A DNA stretch of 64,000 nucleotides, taken from IMG/VR virus record IMGVR_UViG_3300033145_001595, positions 38,929 to 102,928 of that record. One strand, written 5' to 3'. Below the pieces are notes generated by a model. That model was not told where the DNA came from and made no database searches. It saw only the letters and a list, made by a program, of their open reading frames with translations. Source of the DNA: a virus. The position numbers and the translations under genes were made by a program. This document shows, one piece after another, positions 59,182-64,000 of this stretch; the stretch's first letter is position 1, and each line of letters opens with the position of its first letter.

Positions 59182-59481
59182 CTAAGAACAATTCAAATTC
59201 CTACTGAGTCCCGGATAGTCTACTATTAGGTTTTGTCGCTCTAGTTCTGTCAACATATTTACAGGCCACTCTATTAGTTCTGCCTCTTCAAGATTAATTA
59301 CACGATCAGCGTAATTACTCCCTGAACTTACACTTGAAGAAAGTATACCTACTCTTACAAAATTCTCATAACAAGCAAGAACCAACAAACCCTCTCCTAC
59401 CCATGCATAATTAACAATATTATTCGACATCCTATTTACCCAACCCTTAACCGTCACTAACATTCCACGCTTATACTTCAT
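59182..59481 (-). CDS. Hypothetical protein
   Basis: AAGGGAG RBS before MKYKRG. Confidence 0.5.
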   Translation of the reverse strand: MKYKRGMLVTVKGWVNRMSNNIVNYAWVGEGLLVLACYENFVRVGILSSSVSSGSNYADRVINLEEAELIEWPVNMLTELERQNLIVDYPGLSRNLNCS

Positions 59482-59696
59482 AATAATACTCCCTTTCTTT
59501 TTAGTTACCCCCCTAATAGAATAGGGCACAACTCCTAACTAATAGGGGGGCAACACAGCGTAGTAACGGAAGGGCCTTATCAGTATTAGAAGCAGCCCAT
59601 AAATAGTCTATGCCTAGAACTATTTACATTTGAGCACATTACTCCCATAACCCATCAGTTACTCACCTACTCTATTACACACTTACCTACACTCAA

Positions 59697-60047
59697 TTAT
59701 CTACACTCATCTGTATCTACATTCAATTGCATTGTCTTTTCTTCTTTTTCTTTAGCAAGTTCTTCTATACTAAGAATATCAAACTTATCATTAAGCCATT
59801 TATGAGCAATATTACGAACTTTTTTTTGCAATTCATATTCCCTAATAAGAGCCTCCCCAAGAGCTATTGTAGAATCCCCTTTTTCAGCAACTTTAACAGC
59901 AATAGCAGTGTAAATCCAACTATTATAATCTTCACTATTAACTAGAAAAACATCAAATTCCCTACGATGCTTATTACACAAACTCACAGCAATACCACCA
60001 GCAAGCGAAACATCCTTACCATACCCATTACACAGTTCACACATCAT
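59697..60047 (-). CDS. Hypothetical protein, paralogue of 57541-57840
   Basis: Shared MCELCN...LAGG..V.LCN.H.REFDV...WLNDK. Confidence 0.65.
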   Translation of the reverse strand: MMCELCNGYGKDVSLAGGIAVSLCNKHRREFDVFLVNSEDYNSWIYTAIAVKVAEKGDSTIALGEALIREYELQKKVRNIAHKWLNDKFDILSIEELAKEKEEKTMQLNVDTDECR

Positions 60048-61104
60048 TTTCTTCTCCCCTTTCAAAGTAGTAGAACAATTTCCCATTCACCCTATTATAC
60101 ACTTACCTATGCTCAATCTATTACTAATATCTTTTTATTCCATCTTATTAAAACATCACCACTTCTTGGGATTTCCATTTTTTCTTCTTTTATTTCCATA
60201 CCCCCTTTATAACTTCTCCCATGTATGCTGCATGTAGAGCAATCTGCACGCTACGATTCCTTTCCCTCTAGGGTCAAACCCAATGAAACGGTGCAAAAAG
60301 GGGGTATTTTATACATATATGGGCATATTTTATACATATGTAGACATTTTAGGTTCCCTTTTTTACAATATACCCCCCCTATTTGCCCATTATCCGCATT
60401 TTACTACGACCCCTGTGCATTGCTCCATGTGTTTTATACTTTTTCAGGTATAAATGACCATTTATTGTAATATATGGGGTGTTTTTGGGCATTTTTATCT
60501 ATTTTGAGCTATTTCGGTCCTTTCCCTCTAGGGTCAAAGTCAATAGACTGTATGTATTTTTATATTTATTTTGTTAGGTATTGGGGTTTACGGTGTTATA
60601 GGTTTATATTAAATAGAATTTTTTGTCAAAAATCACGACGTAGTGGGGTTGTAGGCCCGCGATGTGGGGGTGCCGTTTTTTCTTGACCGTCCCCCCCATG
60701 TGGCAGCGATAGCAAAAACATTTGTATAGTGTTCTCTTATACTTAATATATTGCACATATAAGCTGCCATTAGGGCATAAACTATACACCTGTATAGCTA
60801 TCTGTCCACCAATCTACGGATTCATGGACATAGATTATTATTATCACATATATAGGGCGGCATTCACCTGAAATATTCACGTCATTGCCCCATCTACCCC
60901 CCTTGTGGCAGTGCCGGCAGTTGCCCCTTATAAGAACCTTGTGGCTGCCTGGAAATACTATTTTTTGCATACTAAAAACCCCATTGATACTACGTGATAG
61001 CCAATAAAATATAAACTGCATAACATGGCTACACTACACCCCCTATAATGCATCATGTATATCAATCCATAGTAATAACAGTAATATCTCCCTGAGAACC
61101 TACT

Positions 61105-61525
61105 AACCTTATCTCTCTGCTATGGTCTATCTACCTATGATGGGCCTTGACAATCTCTGTGGTGGCCTTGACGGGCCTATGCTGACCTTATCTCGCTATG
61201 CTGGCCTTGACGGGCCTATGCTGACCTTATCTCGCTATGATGGGCCTTGACAATCTCTGTGGTGGCCTTATCTCCCTATGCTGGGCCTTGACAATCTCTG
61301 TAGTGGCCTTGACGGGCCTTATCTCTCTGCTATGGTCTATCTACCTATGCTGGCCTTATCTCGCTATGGTGGGCCTATGCTGGCCTTATCTCACTGTAAT
61401 CACCTATGCTAACCTGTGACGGGCCTTATCTCCCTGTGACGGGCCTTATCTCCCTGTGACAGCTATCTACCTATGGTGGCCTTATCTCGCCTTGACGGGC
61501 CTGTGACGGGCCTATGCTGGCCTAT
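61105..61525. repeat. Non-coding mosaic of short GC-rich direct repeats
   Basis: Many copies of GGCCTTATCTC, GGGCCTATGCTG, GGCCTTGAC and CTATCTACCTATG in shuffled order. Confidence 0.85.
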
Positions 61526-61552
61526 TACCTACACGCGCGCGAAGAGGAGTAC

Positions 61553-61588
61553 AAAAAGAAAGGGCTCTCCGGTTAAGAAGAGCCCTTT
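61553..61588 (-). terminator. Intrinsic terminator ending the 61.6-63.9 kb gene cassette
   Basis: AAAGGGCTCT...AGAGCCCTTT stem followed by CTTTTT. Confidence 0.7.
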
Positions 61589-61613
61589 ACTACTATCCGA
61601 CTACCTAACTAGC

Positions 61614-63842
61614 CTACTCATGCCAAAGACATACTCGATAAACCCTTAACCACAACCCAGCGATAACGTAACCGACATGCCTAACACTACCTTGTTCAGT
61701 ATCTACATACATTTTCTCCACATGCTGGCGATCAAAACAATCAAGTAGCCATTTGCGCGGCGGATTGTTACCTATGTGATAAGTTTGCCCATACTGGTCA
61801 ATTGCCATGTACCCGATAACCTTATCCATCATCTTACTCCCAATCAAAAGAACCCTTTACCACTATCCAACTAGGATCCTAGCTAGCCTATACGCAATCC
61901 CATATCAAAGCTCCAGCGAGATCGTATAGCGACATGTTGCCGTGATCATTCACTACTAGGGCATACTCGACACCATCGGGCATTGTGCCAGGTCTCTCGT
62001 CTGCCTTGTAGACAATACCGTCTTGACAATCCCATTCAAGACTATGATGGTCAATCCAAAAACCATAGTCCGCACCATCGCCTTCAGAAGCCCCAAAATA
62101 CACGTATGCAGGACAGATACCATCTAAGGCGTCGAACAGTTCGTTACATATCCATCCTGCGTTGTCCTTATCGGTGTCGAGTATGTACCCATCGTCCATT
62201 CGTTCAGCTATCCTATCCCATTCCGTTTGCTTTTCCTTAACGTCTACTCCAGCAGTAGTCAAGACGTCCAGGAATGCCGGTATCAAATCTCGCTCCAACA
62301 TGGTGCCAGTGGAGATACTTCCCAATCCGGGCCATTTGGTTTGCTTTTCTACTTTTGCCATAGTCAATCACCTGTTTCAAAAAGAAAATCTGTTGCGCCG
62401 AGAACTATATTCTTTACCCGACCAATCTGGCCAGTGGGAAGTACTTCTTTCAAGGTGATTCGCAGATACTCAGTTCCTACCGGAGTTGTATCGGGAATTG
62501 CGACTATCGGACAGTGTTTCCAGATATGTACTTCCACTGCTATGCTCTTTCCCCTTACTTCCGTAGTCATCATCTGATTACCAGTGCGAGTAACTGCCTT
62601 GCCTTTACCCTGTAGTGAGCCCCTAAACCTACTCATGCCATAATCCTCCTATAAGAGGCAACCAGTTCCCGCTCTCTCCGGTCCCTAGTTTTGACACTCA
62701 ACAAGTTTCGCTTTTCCACCATGCTACGCGCGCAAGCTTCGCAACAGACCTTGTGACCTATGCTTCGCGCGTAGTTAACATTAAGTACCGGCACGTACGC
62801 CCACCTACTACCTTTGATATAGACTTCGTAGGGCACGTAGGGCGGGCAAGAATTGATAATTTTGCCGCAACGGTCGCAAATCTCCCTATAATCCATCTTT
62901 GCCATATTTACTGTCCCTTTCTCGCCTTGATAATCGCTCGGTTCCTATTACTGGCGACAACACAAGCGCATCGTTCACAGTAGATTTTACCCACGAATGT
63001 ACTGGGCGTAGGCTCAACGTACCAAAATCCATCGTACTTGCGATAAACACAATAGTTAGGGTAAAACTCGCCTTTACAGGTAGCACACACTTCATATCTC
63101 ACATTTACCATGTTTACTGCTCCTCTCTTATCTTGATTTGCTCAGCGGCGCAAAGACAAACGCTTATAGGCGCGTTCATACAAACGGTTGACACGGCGTA
63201 ATTCTCACTTCGCTTCAGACAATCCGGCTGGATTACATTTGCGACAATAGATTACCCATCGGATTGCTTTTTGCACATTGTCACAAAGCCTATTCACAGT
63301 ACCGCACATGCGCGTTTCCATGTCCATACTACTTTTCCCCCTGTTTGGTGTCATAGTCTATTTCTTTGAAATCGACCATTCCCTATACCACCACGATAAT
63401 AGTAATCACTATGCAGGCGAGTACGACTATCAGACACCATTCCAACCTAGCCACCATAATTTCATCTTCTTGGTGCATTAGTCCAGTTCCCCACCAACAA
63501 GGTAGACGGTATCGTCAATGTCAAACGTCCCTATGTCCAGTGCAGACCAATCCACCCGTTCCCCTTCTTGCAACAATTCCTCAATTTCTGCCCGTTCTGC
63601 CTCCGTGTTCGCCCCCACCATACTTGCCATCTTTGCTGCCATTTCCCGACTCCCTATTAAGACAAATCGAGTACACGATTGTGAAACGCCATGAAAGCCG
63701 AATTGTAGCGTTTACGCGCAGATTCTACCTTTGCAGGACGTACGGCCTTTGTCCATGCGAGAAACTCGGTTGCACGATGCAATTTCCGAAGCAATTCGTC
63801 AAGACTAATCCGCGCCGCCATTTTGTCCATCTTTACTCCCAT
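61614..63842 (-). CDS. GC-richer cassette of small (early) genes (61614-61847, 61888-62367, 62364-62636, 62633-62905, 62908-63111, 63657-63842 and smaller)
   Basis: Overlapping start/stop codons, bounded by a strong promoter and a terminator. Confidence 0.6.
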
Positions 63843-63872
63843 TTCCCGACTCCCTATCTAATGGTAGATGCA

Positions 63873-63901
63873 ATCCTATCACGGATTGTACCTTGTGTCA
63901 A
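63873..63901 (-). promoter_or_regulatory. Strong sigma70-type early promoter
   Basis: TTGACA-N17-TAGGAT with TGn extension and an upstream T-tract. Confidence 0.7.
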
Positions 63902-63922
63902 GGAAAAAAAGAAAAACTGTAT

Positions 63923-64000
63923 CAAGGCCAGTAGGTCGGGCCAGAGGCAAGGCCAGAGGCAAGGCCAGTAGGTCGGGCCAGAGGCAAGGCCAGAGGCAAG
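63923..64000. repeat. 37-bp tandem repeat running off the window end
   Basis: CAAGGCCAGTAGGTCGGGCCAGAGGCAAGGCCAGAGG at 63923 and 63960, with a third copy starting at 63997. Confidence 0.85.

Noticed and set aside
61105-61525. Possible CRISPR array, or the 61237-61419 ORF
   Set aside because: There is no constant repeat with unique spacers and no cas genes; modules are shuffled and contiguous. The ORF is a by-product of the repeats.
63366-63971. 201-aa + strand ORF
   Set aside because: It is antisense to RBS-bearing small - strand genes and their promoter, and it runs into the tandem repeat.
1-64000. Stop-codon reassignment, diversity-generating retroelement or retron
   Set aside because: Core genes are full-length in the standard code. 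No reverse transcriptase or adenine-variable TR/VR pair was seen; the noted duplications differ at all base types.

Overview
This window is a 64-kb segment of an AT-rich tailed dsDNA phage genome. It has an HK97-fold head, a siphovirus-like tail, bacterial GGAG ribosome-binding sites, sigma70-type promoters and the standard genetic code. The + strand (1-10.5 kb) carries a RuvC-like resolvase, a radical SAM gene, a split Rad50/SbcC flanking Mre11/SbcD, TerS, TerL with a class 3 intein, and an alkaline-phosphatase/sulfatase-superfamily gene. The - strand (51 to 10.5 kb) is one long late operon: fibre/decoration genes, an NDP-sugar epimerase-like gene, portal, MuF, XkdF-type protease, scaffold, major capsid, neck, three tail-tube paralogues, chaperones, tape measure and tail tip. 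It runs directly into an 11-kb glycan cluster of GT-A glycosyltransferases, a radical SAM-SPASM/GT/GT fusion, methyltransferases and a Gfo/Idh/MocA + DegT pair. The 51-64 kb region has small early genes, a serine recombinase, tRNA-Leu, tRNA-Lys, an atypical tRNA-like RNA, paralogue families and non-coding repeat blocks. The best candidate for a new system is mucin-like O-glycosylation of the virion: four virion-operon proteins carry long Ser/Thr(Pro) tracts, and co-encoded GT domains have DxH...WxY(x)E/D...H motifs resembling polypeptide GalNAc transferases. All functional calls come from motif recognition by eye; no database searches were run.
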